From positions 14,382 through 78,381 of the forward strand of contig CALVTS010000006.1 of assembly GCA_944363035.1 (NCBI GenBank): a stretch of 64,000 nucleotides of DNA, given 5' to 3'. This document shows positions 28,565 through 38,000 of this stretch, piece by piece; the stretch's first letter is position 1; every line of letters starts with the position of its first letter. This DNA is from an uncultured Clostridia bacterium. Lineage in GTDB: Bacteria; Bacillota; Clostridia; Christensenellales; CAG-917. A model generated the notes under the pieces. The model was given only the letters and a program-made list of their open reading frames with translations, did not search any database and was not told the DNA's origin. A program made the translations under genes and the position numbers.

Positions 28565-29446
28565 TCATTCCACCGTTATCGTCCAGATGAGCTCATACGC
28601 CGCGCGGGGAGAGAGCTCGAACATATCCTGCTTGGTGGCGAGGTCGTCCACCTTCCCGTCGTATGCGGGGAGGGAGGTCCAGGGCTCTATGCAGACGTAG
28701 GGAGCCTGTTTTTTGGGCGCGTGCCATATGCCGAGATATTTCATCGCGTCGGGCACTTCCACCGTCACGCTGTGCGGGTCGGCGTCGCTTTTCAGGGTGA
28801 TGCGGCGGGATGCTCCCGAGAGTATCACCGCGTCGTGGTCGAACAGGGAGTGTTCGAGGCGGAGAATCTTGCCCTCTTCGAGGGGGAAGGGTACCCTCCC
28901 CTCCGTGGTGAGGCAGGCGTCGGACATCACCACCTGCTCGGGCGCGCAGTCGGGGCAGAATTCGAGATGCCAATCCTCGAATTTTCCATCCCCCGCGAGG
29001 GGGACGTTGAATCCGGGATGCCCGCCGATGGCGAAGGGCATGGTGCACTCGGAATGGTTGACCACCGAGACCTCCATCCTGACCGTGCTCCCCACCAGGG
29101 TATAGCAGATGTGATATTCGAAGTCGAAAGGATACATCGCCTTCGTCCTCTCGTCCGAACGCAGACCGAAATCCACTTTGTCGCGGGCGAGGACGGTGGC
29201 GTCCAACGTGCTCTTGCGCACGAAACCGTGCAGGTTCATCTCGTAGGTGTTGCCGAGGAAGGTATATTTCCCCTCGGCGAGCCTGCCGCAGATGGGGAAG
29301 AGGTTGTACGCCCTGCCCGCCCAGAATGCGGGATCCCCCTGCCAGAGATACTCCGTGCCGTCCTTTTTGGACCTTATCGACATCAGCTCCGCGCCGACGT
29401 CTGAAACCGTGACTTCGATGAGATCGTTGAAAATCGTGTAGTTCAT
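28565..29446 (-). CDS. aldose 1-epimerase family protein (LacX-like)
   Basis: About 290 aa. N-terminal region ...LWQGDPAFWAGRAYNLFPICGRL is typical of the LacX/mutarotase-like family. Confidence 0.8.
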   Translation of the reverse strand: MNYTIFNDLIEVTVSDVGAELMSIRSKKDGTEYLWQGDPAFWAGRAYNLFPICGRLAEGKYTFLGNTYEMNLHGFVRKSTLDATVLARDKVDFGLRSDERTKAMYPFDFEYHICYTLVGSTVRMEVSVVNHSECTMPFAIGGHPGFNVPLAGDGKFEDWHLEFCPDCAPEQVVMSDACLTTEGRVPFPLEEGKILRLEHSLFDHDAVILSGASRRITLKSDADPHSVTVEVPDAMKYLGIWHAPKKQAPYVCIEPWTSLPAYDGKVDDLATKQDMFELSPRAAYELIWTITVE

Positions 29447-29484
29447 AATCCTCCTGACCTTTGGCGGAAGTTGCCGCCGAGTAC

Positions 29485-29513
29485 ATTATACTCCAAAAAC
29501 GGAAATAGTTCAA
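29485..29513 (-). promoter_or_regulatory. aldose-epimerase gene promoter
   Basis: The minus strand reads TTGAAC (29513-29508), 17 nt, TATAAT (29490-29485). Confidence 0.5.
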
Positions 29514-29548
29514 CAGTAAATTTTTGACGCCCCCGATACGGCAAAAAA

Positions 29549-29637
29549 TGATGTCGTACCGGAATGATACGAAGAGGGTCCCGCGCGCCGATCTCCGCCC
29601 CGACTGCGGCATTCGTCTTGCCGATACGGTGTGGGTG
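29549..29637. repeat. half-copy of the MITE-like element
   Basis: GATGTCGTACCGGAATGATACGAAGAGGGTCCCGCGCGCCGATCTCCGCCCCGACTGCGGCATTCGTCTTGCCG aligns with the same half as 13697-13775. Confidence 0.5.
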
Positions 29638-29724
29638 CGGCGGCGACTGCCCGTCCTGCCCGAGGCGCGTCCTCCGCCCGACGGACGCCCCCTCTCCCGC
29701 ACTCTCCGCAGAGCGTAAACACAT

Positions 29725-29748
29725 GAAAAAACGCCCCCGAAAGGGGCG
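29725..29748 (-). terminator. Rho-independent terminator (alkylation repair gene)
   Basis: The minus strand reads CGCCCC-TTTC-GGGGCG followed by TTTTTT. Confidence 0.75.
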
Positions 29749-29758
29749 GTCGGAGAAG

Positions 29759-30451
29759 TCAGTCCCCATTTGACCTTTCGGGAGGAGGGAGGGTGCGGAG
29801 ATATCTTTTGAGCTCGAATGGGACTCGGAAGCTGTCACAGGCTTTCTGCACCGCTTTGACGTGCACCTCCCGAGAAAGTCTGCCCTCCTCGAAAAAGGGG
29901 AGAGCGTCCGCCCCGCGTTTGATGAGCGCGTCGCAGAAGAACCATGCCGCCGACATATCGAGATAATACTCCCCGCCTACTCCCGCCACGCGCCCGAGGA
30001 CCTCGGCGCGATAGGCGTCCCCGTCCAGACAAAAGCTCCTGAGGCAGTTCACTCCGAAACGCGCGGTGTAAAGACGCTCCTCTTCGAGGCACTCATATGC
30101 AAAGTCGCGCACACGAGAACTCTCTTTTGCGAAACATTTCGGCGAAAGCGCGTCGCACACCGCCCAGTTGTCGATATGAGGCAAAAACCCTTTCACTCTC
30201 GGCAGAGTCTCCGAAAACCCGCGCATCCCGGACAATAGCACGGAATGCAGCATATTTTCATCGTAGAACTCGTGCGGGAGCTCGCCGAGAAACGCGAGCC
30301 TCTCCTCATCCGTCATGCTCTTTGCCAAGGCGCGTATCGCGGGCACGCGCACCCCGAGCACGTTCTCGGGAGGAACGCCCGGGATGAGGCGCAAATGAAA
30401 AGCGCGGTAGTCCGCGTCCGCCAGTCTCAAAAGTCTGTCTTTCACGTCCAT
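29759..30451 (-). CDS. DNA alkylation repair protein (AlkD-like HEAT repeats)
   Basis: About 230 aa helical-repeat protein. N-terminus ...LADADYRAFHLRLIPG...LGVRVPAIRALAK resembles the DNA alkylation repair family. Confidence 0.72.
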   Translation of the reverse strand: MDVKDRLLRLADADYRAFHLRLIPGVPPENVLGVRVPAIRALAKSMTDEERLAFLGELPHEFYDENMLHSVLLSGMRGFSETLPRVKGFLPHIDNWAVCDALSPKCFAKESSRVRDFAYECLEEERLYTARFGVNCLRSFCLDGDAYRAEVLGRVAGVGGEYYLDMSAAWFFCDALIKRGADALPFFEEGRLSREVHVKAVQKACDSFRVPFELKRYLRTLPPPERSNGD

Positions 30452-30461
30452 ACCGCACTCC

Positions 30462-30545
30462 TATGTCCCGCCCAAACGATACCGACCTGTTTCGTTGCCG
30501 CAGGTCTCAGCCCGAGCCGCGTCATTCGCCTTGCCGACGCGGGCA
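30462..30545. repeat. degenerate half-copy of the MITE-like element
   Basis: TATGTCCCGCCCAAACGATACCGACC...CCGCGTCATTCGCCTTGCCGAC shares the GCGTCATTCGCCTTGC block with copy B. Confidence 0.4.
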
Positions 30546-30560
30546 AACATCATCGGGCAC

Positions 30561-30971
30561 TCAGCCCGCGTTTTTTACTTTCTCTTCCTCCGCGTTCTCT
30601 TCCTGCGGGATGTCCGCTTTTCCCGCCGAGGGGAACTCTGCGGCGCGCGATGAGCTTTGCTGTCTTTCGAGCTGTCTCTCTGCGCGGAGCATATCCGCCT
30701 CCCGTCTGCGTTCGGCGCGGCGGGCTTCAGCCTCTCTTTCCGCCTTTTCCTCCGCCTTTTGACGGAGTTTGTCAAAGTTGACGATGAGATACATCGTACA
30801 CGCGAAGAGCACCGTGATGAGCGCGCCCAAACCGACGAGCGCCCCGCCCGTCGCGTTGTCGGCGTCCGTGACCAGCAGGTATATCCCGCCCGCGAGCAAA
30901 GCGAGCCCTATGAGCAGACAGAATACCGCCATGACGGTGTTAGCGGTCTTGTTGATCTTTTGTTTCATCAT
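30561..30971 (-). CDS. small membrane protein with charged coiled-coil tail (hypothetical)
   Basis: Two TM helices followed by an R/E-rich tail. The start is uncertain (30971-30983). Confidence 0.5.
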   Translation of the reverse strand: MMKQKINKTANTVMAVFCLLIGLALLAGGIYLLVTDADNATGGALVGLGALITVLFACTMYLIVNFDKLRQKAEEKAEREAEARRAERRREADMLRAERQLERQQSSSRAAEFPSAGKADIPQEENAEEEKVKNAG

Positions 30972-31043
30972 CCACTTCCCCAAGCAAACTTGCGATGAGC
31001 GCGTCCGTTCCTGCGGACAGATCGAGGTAAGTCGCTTCGAAAT

Positions 31044-31339
31044 CCCCTGTATACCAGACAGGAATAATACGAACCAGCCTCAGAGCAATTCTTTTCGGCG
31101 CTTTTGCACAGCCGAACCTTGCCAATATGTATACTATTGCCTGCGTTCCGCCAGAGCAAAATCATCCGAAAATCTCTTGCTCTGAGGTGCGAGCAGTTCC
31201 GCGCCAACCGATTTTTGGCTGAACAAGGAAGTCGCTGCAGCTAATACTTGACTGTATTAGCAAGGCGAATGACGCGGTTCAGGCGGAAATCGGCGGCGCT
31301 GAACCTGATTCGTATTATTCCTGTCTGGCATACCAGGGG
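31044..31339. mobile_element. MITE-like foldback element, full copy B (opposite orientation to A)
   Basis: Termini CCCCTGTATACCAGACAGGAATAATACGAA and TTCGTATTATTCCTGTCTGGCATACCAGGGG. Inner inverted repeat CCTCAGAGCAA (31078-31088) and TTGCTCTGAGG (31177-31187). Confidence 0.6.
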
Positions 31340-31713
31340 TCGGCGACCTCGTGCGGCGAGCCCGTATATTCCGAGACGGCGTGTATCCTGTCCGCAGCCC
31401 CTTCCCCTAGGATGCGGCGCATTGCCCTGATGTTGTAGCTGTCCATGCCTATGAACAGATCGTATTTTTCCGCGTCCTCTGCGCGGAGGAGCACGGAACT
31501 TCTGCGGTATGTCGGCACTCCGTACTTTTCAAGGACGGCGAGGGTGCCCGGATGCACCGATCTGCCCTCCTCGCAAGCCGTTGCGGCGGACGCGACAAAG
31601 AACATTTCGCCGACTCCCGCTTTTTCCGCTCTGTGACGGAAGATGAACTCCGCCATGGGCGAACGGCAGATGTTGCCGAAGCATACGAACATTATCCCGA
31701 AAGGTCTTTTCAC
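31315..31713 (-). CDS. low-molecular-weight protein-tyrosine phosphatase, C-terminally short
   Basis: P-loop CFGNICRSPMAE and DPWY general-acid motif. The last codons and the stop lie inside the repeat terminus at 31310-31339. Confidence 0.8.
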   Translation of the reverse strand: MKRPFGIMFVCFGNICRSPMAEFIFRHRAEKAGVGEMFFVASAATACEEGRSVHPGTLAVLEKYGVPTYRRSSVLLRAEDAEKYDLFIGMDSYNIRAMRRILGEGAADRIHAVSEYTGSPHEVADPWYARQE

Positions 31714-31717
31714 TCTT

Positions 31718-32260
31718 TCATCTGAGATAGACGGCGATCTCCTCCTCCGCCTTTCTCTTTTTGGGACGGGGGACGGAAGAGACGGGCACGCCGACCGCGA
31801 TGACCAGCTCCACTTTGCGTTTGTCGCGCTTGCCGAGCCCTATGCATTCCTTGACCTTGCTCTCGGTGAACATACCGAGGATGCAGGTGCCCAACCCCCT
31901 TTCGGCGGCGGCGAGCACGATGTTTTCCACCGCCAGCCCTATGTCTATCGCGGAAAATTCCCTGCCGAAGAGCACCTGTCCCACTCTCTCGGAGTAATTG
32001 GGCTTTTCGCGGAACACCACGATGAACGCCGAGGCTTTCGCGGCGAACTTGTTGTTGCCCGCGATCTGCGCGGCAAGACGCATCTGCTCCATACGTTCGC
32101 CGCCGCTCATCACGACGTAAAACTTCCAGGGCTGCGAATTGCACGCGGACGGAGCGAGCCTGCCCGCTTCCACTATCTCGCGAAGGAGCTCGTCCTTTAC
32201 GGGTTCTCCCGTGAAAGAGCGGCAACTCTCCCTCTTTTTCACCAGTTCGAGAAGATCCAT
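31718..32260 (-). CDS. nitroreductase family protein
   Basis: ESCRSFTGEPV and APSACNSQPWKF motifs. Confidence 0.85.
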   Translation of the reverse strand: MDLLELVKKRESCRSFTGEPVKDELLREIVEAGRLAPSACNSQPWKFYVVMSGGERMEQMRLAAQIAGNNKFAAKASAFIVVFREKPNYSERVGQVLFGREFSAIDIGLAVENIVLAAAERGLGTCILGMFTESKVKECIGLGKRDKRKVELVIAVGVPVSSVPRPKKRKAEEEIAVYLR

Positions 32261-32364
32261 AATACTCCGATGCCGCCCGAGGTCTCCCGAGCGTCGGGAT
32301 AATTCTAGCCCAACTTTCCCTTTAAGTCAAATACAAAAGTTTCTCTTGCGACGTCGGTCCGACA

Positions 32365-32447
32365 TATGTCGGAGCGGAATAATACGAGCAAGCCTCGGAG
32401 CGATCCTTTTCGGCGCTTCCGCACAGCCGAAACTTGTCGATATGCAA
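32365..32447. repeat. half-copy of the MITE-like element (the other half)
   Basis: TATGTCGGAGCGGAATAATACGAGCAAGCCTCGGAGCGATCCTTTTCGGCGCTTCCGCACAGCCGAAACTTGTCGATATGC aligns with the left half of copy B. It ends 5 nt from the dtd stop. Confidence 0.5.
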
Positions 32448-32451
32448 AGAT

Positions 32452-32895
32452 TCAGCACTCGAAAACGAAGGAGAGAGGTCCGTCCTGCTCCTGCTCGATG
32501 AACATATGCGCGCCGAACACCCCCGTAGCCACGACGACGCCCTCCTCGCGCACCTTGCTCACCACTCTTTCGTAAAGAGCTTTGGCGCGGACGGGGTCTT
32601 CCGCATTGCCGAAATCGGGACGGTTCCCCGAGCCCTTGCCCAGCTTCCCCGCGAGCGAGAACTGGGAGACGAGAAGTATCTCTCCTCCCACGTCCAGCAC
32701 GCTCCTGTTCATTTTGTCATTCTCGTCGCGGAACACCCTCAGCCTGACCAGCTTGCGTGCGAAATAGTCCGCCTGTTCCTCGGTATCCCCACGGCATACG
32801 GCGAGAAACACCGTGAGACCCGATCTTATGCTCCCCTTCACCTCGCCGTCCACCGACAGCACGGAACGGAACGTCCTCTGTATCACCGCTCTCAT
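32452..32895 (-). CDS. dtd: D-aminoacyl-tRNA deacylase
   Basis: MRAVIQR N-terminus, SQFSL and GVFGAHM motifs, 147 aa. Confidence 0.9.
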   Translation of the reverse strand: MRAVIQRTFRSVLSVDGEVKGSIRSGLTVFLAVCRGDTEEQADYFARKLVRLRVFRDENDKMNRSVLDVGGEILLVSQFSLAGKLGKGSGNRPDFGNAEDPVRAKALYERVVSKVREEGVVVATGVFGAHMFIEQEQDGPLSFVFEC

Positions 32896-34085
32896 ATACC
32901 TTTCTCCTCATCGGAGGGCTTGTCCCCTCCATACGCGTCCTTCTCCCGCAGTCTCGCGGGCGGCGCGCCCAGAAATCTGTAAAACCTGCATTCCAGCTCG
33001 GAGTTGTAAAGCACCCTCACCCTGTCGGCGCGTCTGCCGAAATCCCTCTCGAAAGAGGGACATGAGGTGATGACGTACGCGCTCCATTCCTCCATGCGGG
33101 AAAACGCGCGTCCGAATGAGGCGTAAAGCTCGGAAAGTTCCCTGCCGCGCATCAACCTCTCGCCGTAGGGCGGATTGGTGACGATGACGCCGTGCGCGAA
33201 ACGCGAGGATATCTCCCTCGCGTCCTGACGCTGGAAGTGTATATATCCGCTCATACCCGCCCGCGCCGCGTGCTCTCTTGCGAGCGCGAGCGCGCTCTCG
33301 TCGATGTCTCCGCCGCGTATCCTCGGTTTTGCGGAGCGGTCTATCAGTTCCTCCGCCTCCCTGCGCACGCTCTCGGCTACGGGCGGCGCAAACGAAAATC
33401 TCTCGAAGGCGAACCCTCGTCCCAGCCCCGGCGCGGTGCGGGTGCCTATGAGCGCCGCCTCGATGGGGATGGTGCCCGACCCGCAGAAGGGATCGAGGAA
33501 GGGTCTGTCCGCCCTCCACACCGAGAGCAGGAGCATAGCCGCCGCCAAAGTCTCGCGGATGGGAGCCTCCCCCAGCTTCACGCGGTAGCCGCGCTTGTGC
33601 AATCCCGCGCCCGAAGTGTCCAGGGTGAGGGAACACAAGTCCCCGACTATGCTCGCCTCAACGTCATATCTTTCCCCTCTCTCTGACATATTCCCGAAGC
33701 GGGAAGCCATGCGCTCCGCGACCGCCTTTTTGACGGTTTTCTGGATGTCGCGCAAGGAAAAGAGCTTGCTTTTCGCGCTCTTCGCGCTCACCGCGACCGC
33801 TCCGTCGCGGGGGATGAGCTCCTCCCATGGAAAAGCGCGCGTCCCCTCGTACAACTCGTCGAAAGTGCGGGCGGGAAATTCGGCAAGCAGGATGCGCACC
33901 CGCCCCGCCGTGCGCAGGAATATATTGGCGCGCGCCACGTCCCTCATATCCCCGTTGAAGTCCACTCTGCCGAGGTTCGCGCCCCCGGGGGAATAGCCGA
34001 GGTCGATGAGTTCCCTTTTGAGCACCGCCTCGGTGCCGCTCGCCGCCGAGACGCGTATGGTGAGCCCGCCCTCGAAAAAGCTCAT
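32892..34085 (-). CDS. THUMP-domain class I SAM-dependent RNA methyltransferase
   Basis: DPFCGSGTIPIEAA SAM-binding motif and NPPYGERL catalytic motif. Confidence 0.85.
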   Translation of the reverse strand: MSFFEGGLTIRVSAASGTEAVLKRELIDLGYSPGGANLGRVDFNGDMRDVARANIFLRTAGRVRILLAEFPARTFDELYEGTRAFPWEELIPRDGAVAVSAKSAKSKLFSLRDIQKTVKKAVAERMASRFGNMSERGERYDVEASIVGDLCSLTLDTSGAGLHKRGYRVKLGEAPIRETLAAAMLLLSVWRADRPFLDPFCGSGTIPIEAALIGTRTAPGLGRGFAFERFSFAPPVAESVRREAEELIDRSAKPRIRGGDIDESALALAREHAARAGMSGYIHFQRQDAREISSRFAHGVIVTNPPYGERLMRGRELSELYASFGRAFSRMEEWSAYVITSCPSFERDFGRRADRVRVLYNSELECRFYRFLGAPPARLREKDAYGGDKPSDEEKGI

Positions 34086-34774
34086 ACGCCCTCACCCGTG
34101 ATGCGTCCGATCACATAGCCCGCGAGCATGAGCCCCGCGATCGCCGGAACGTAGGAGATGCTGGAAGGTACGCGCCCCTCCCCGCCCCTCGGCGTTTCGG
34201 TGGAAAACAACACATCCACTCCGCTTGTCACTCCGCGCTCGCGAAGCTGCTTCCTGACCGCCCTCGCAAGGGGGCAAACGGTAGTTTCGGAAATGTCCTT
34301 AATGACAAAATCGGCGCTTAATTTGTTGCCTGTGCCCATTGAACTCACGATATTGACATTTTGCGCCTTTGCTCGGCAGATGAGCTCCACCTTGGCGGCG
34401 ACGGTATCCACGGCGTCTATCACCCAGTCGTAACGGGTGAGATCCACCCTCTCCGCCGTGTCGGGGAGATAGAACAGGTCATAGGTCTCCACCTCGCATT
34501 CGGGAGACACCGAGAGCGCCCTCTCTTTTGCCGCCTCCGTCTTTTTCATGCCCAGCGTCCCGACCGTGGCGAGGATCTGACGGTTGAGGTTGGAGGGGGT
34601 GATGACGTCGCCGTCCAGCACGCCTATGCGCCCGACGCCCGCTCGCACGAGGGCTTCCAGCGCGTATCCTCCCACCCCGCCGAGCCCGCATACGAGCACG
34701 GAGGAAGCGCGGAGCGCGGCGACTCCTTCCCCGCCTATCAATGCCTTTGTCCTGTCTGTCGGAGTTTCCCGCAT
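34082..34774 (-). CDS. tcdA: tRNA threonylcarbamoyladenosine dehydratase (ThiF/MoeB-like)
   Basis: VCGLGGVGGYALEALVRAGVG nucleotide-binding loop and SNLNRQ motif. Start set at ATG 34774 after GGGGAGG. Confidence 0.82.
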   Translation of the reverse strand: MRETPTDRTKALIGGEGVAALRASSVLVCGLGGVGGYALEALVRAGVGRIGVLDGDVITPSNLNRQILATVGTLGMKKTEAAKERALSVSPECEVETYDLFYLPDTAERVDLTRYDWVIDAVDTVAAKVELICRAKAQNVNIVSSMGTGNKLSADFVIKDISETTVCPLARAVRKQLRERGVTSGVDVLFSTETPRGGEGRVPSSISYVPAIAGLMLAGYVIGRITGEGV

Positions 34775-34902
34775 GACTGCCTCCCCGCCCCCGTTCGGGG
34801 GCTTCTCATATGCGGATTTTAGCATTTTAAGCGCGTCTTTTCAAGCGCGGGAAGAGAAGAATACCGAGATGATATTTTTTCTTTAATGCTTGTCCCCGCG
34901 CA

Positions 34903-34956
34903 TTGACATTAGGGGGGTGCGTAAAGTATAATGTTTTTGTATTACATTTTAATGTA
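34903..34956 (+). promoter_or_regulatory. ABC transporter promoter plus palindromic operator-like site
   Basis: TTGACA (34903-34908), 18 nt, TATAAT (34927-34932), followed by the palindrome TACATT-TT-AATGTA (34943-34956). Confidence 0.5.
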
Positions 34957-35012
34957 GTATAGTCGCGGAATTTCGGGGGCTTCGGGCGCTTTTTGTCCGA
35001 CTGGTAGGTGCT

Positions 35013-38000
35013 ATGCTGAAACTCGTCAACATCATCAAGGATTACAAAATGGCGGATTCCGTCGTCCACGCGGTGCGCGGGGTCAATCTCAACTTCCGCA
35101 AGAGCGAATTCGTCTCCATACTGGGACCGTCCGGTTGCGGCAAGACCACCCTGCTCAACATCATCGGCGGGCTGGATCAATACACCGACGGCGACCTCAT
35201 CATCAACGACAGATCCACCAAGGAATTCCGCTCCCGCGACTGGGACGCCTACCGCAACCGTTCCATCGGTTTCATCTTCCAGTCCTACAACCTTATCCCC
35301 CACCTCAACGTGCTCCAAAACGTGGAGCTCGCGCTCACCATCTCCGGCGTCTCCCGCAAAAAGAAGAGGAAACTCGCCGTGGACGCTCTCGAACGCGTGG
35401 GGCTGGGCGCTCAGCTCAAAAAGAAACCCAACCAGATGTCGGGCGGTCAGATGCAACGCGTCGCGATAGCCCGCGCCATAGTCAACAATCCCGAGATAAT
35501 CCTCGCCGACGAGCCCACGGGCGCGCTGGACACCAAGACTTCGGAGCAGGTCATGGACCTTTTGCAGGAGATCGCGGATGACAGGCTGGTCATCATGGTC
35601 ACCCACAACCCCGAGCTTGCCCAGCGCTACTCCACCCGCATAATCGAGCTCATGGACGGCGAGGTGCAACACGACAGCAATCCCTACGACGGTATGCCCA
35701 CCATCCTCTCTCCCGTCACCGCGATGAGCGACGACGGCGTCACCCCCATCGAGGAGTACATAGCCAAGAGCGAAGAGGAGGAGGAGGCAGTCTCTGCTAC
35801 GGAACAGGAACAGAAAAAGGACAAGAAGGACAAAAAGGACAAAGCCAAGAAGGAAAAAACCAAGAAAAAGTCCAAGTCCGACCTCGTTGCCGACAGCGCC
35901 GAGCATGAAGAGACCTCTGCTCTCTCTCTGGACGGCGCGTCCGTGAGCGAGCCCGCAGGAGAGGAGAAAGCGTCGCTTGCGGACGCGACCGCCGACGCGA
36001 GCGCGCCCGCAGGAGAAGATACCGCCGCCGACGAGAAGTTCGTCGCCGTCGTCTCCCCCGAGGTCCCCGTGCTTACCCGCAAGCGAAGCGGCAAGCCCAA
36101 GCGCGAAAAGAAGGAGCGCACCTCGATGTCCTTCCTCACCGCGCTCTCCCTCTCTGCGCGCAACCTTGTCGCGAAGCGCACCAGGACATTCCTCACCGCG
36201 TTTGCGGGAAGCATAGGCATCATCGGCATCGCGCTGGTGCTCTCCCTCTCCAACGGCTTCGACATATATATGAACGACCTCGAAGGGAGCATCCTCAACA
36301 GTATGCCCCTCACCGTCAACACCGTTGGGCTGGACGTGGACGTGGAATCCCTCATGAATATGGAATTCCAGCAGGGTGAAGGCGAGCAGTACCCCGACAA
36401 AGACGACTATCCCTACATCAAGCCCTACAAACCCTCCGGCGTCATGGGCTTGGAGGGCATAGACTTCGGGCTCAACGTGCTGACGGACGAATATATGGAG
36501 TATGTGCAGAACATCCCCGACGAACTCCCCGGCACCCTCAACGCCATACGCTATTCCTACGCCATAGAAATGCCCCTGCTCCTTAAAACGGGGAGCGGCA
36601 ACACCAATTCGGACTATACCCTCATCGAGCCCACGGGTTCGAACGTGATAAGCGACGCCATGTCCTCCATGGGCATGGGCTCAAATCCCATAGGCTGGCA
36701 ACAGCTCCTTTGGGACGACTTCATGCTCTCGCAGTTCGACGTGCTCGCGGGCGGCTATCCCGGCACGGATACGGCGAATGCCGTCCTCGGCGAGTCCTAT
36801 GAAGGCGGCGAGACCTACGACGGCAACAAGGCTCGCTCCGCGGTGCTGGTCATCAACTCCTACAACATGATCGACTACTCCATCCTGGAAGCCCTCGGCA
36901 TGGAGCTGGAACAGGACGCGGACGGCAATTATCTGCCCATAGACTTTGAAAAGATACTCGGCACCGAGATCACCGTGGTGGGCAACAACAACTACTACAC
37001 CGTCCCCGAGATAGCCTATGCCGACTCCGAGACGGGCTTTGTGAGCGAGAGCGAGGTCTATGACGAAAACGGCTCCTTCAAATCGGAGTATCGCGCCTCC
37101 GTCAACGAGAACTTCGCAGGCTACGATCCCGAAGAGAACGTGACCGTGAAGATAGTGGGCGTCATGCGCGTGAAGTCCGAGATCCTCACCCCCCTCCTGC
37201 AAACGGGCGTGGCGTACACCGAGGATCTGGTGCAACTCTGCCTCGACAACGCGAAAGAGAGCGAGATAGTCAAATATCAGAGCGCTTTCTCGGGCGCCAA
37301 CGTGGTCACGGGCAAAAAGTTCACCTTCGATTTCAGCCAGATCACTTCCCTCATCGAGACGTTCGGTCTGACGGAAGCGAGCCTCATCGAGACCTTGTTG
37401 GATTCCCTTTTCGACGGCAGTCTCATCAAGGCGATCTGCAGCCAAGACGAAAACGGCAATTATTACATCGAGATCGACATCAACGGGATACCGGGGAAAC
37501 TTACGTACGATCAAATAATGAATATACTCAACGAGATGATCGACGAGGAGCTAAAAGAAGCGTTGTACGCCTGCAAGACCATCAACCAGTTGTTGGAGAC
37601 CATACAGTCCATCGACAACGTCGGACAGTATCTTTCGGATGCCAACATCAGGAAGATGCTGAAAGAGATGGACGACATCGCCATCCCCGGCACCTCCATC
37701 GCTCTGAGCGGGGCTTCCATCCTCGCCCTCATCGACAGCTCGTACGACACGGTGATGCAGGCGTTGGGCGGCAGCGATACCCCCACGGGCGCGTACATCT
37801 ATCCCACCACCTTCGAGGCGAAAGATCAGATCTGCGCCTATCTCGACGCGTGGAATGAGGAAAATCCCGGGATGTCCGTCAAATACACCGACTCCGCGGG
37901 CATGATCTCCTCCCTGCTCACGCAGGTGGTGGACATCGTGTCCTACATACTCATAGCCTTCGCCGCCATCTCCCTCGTGGTGTCCAGCGTGATGATAGCC

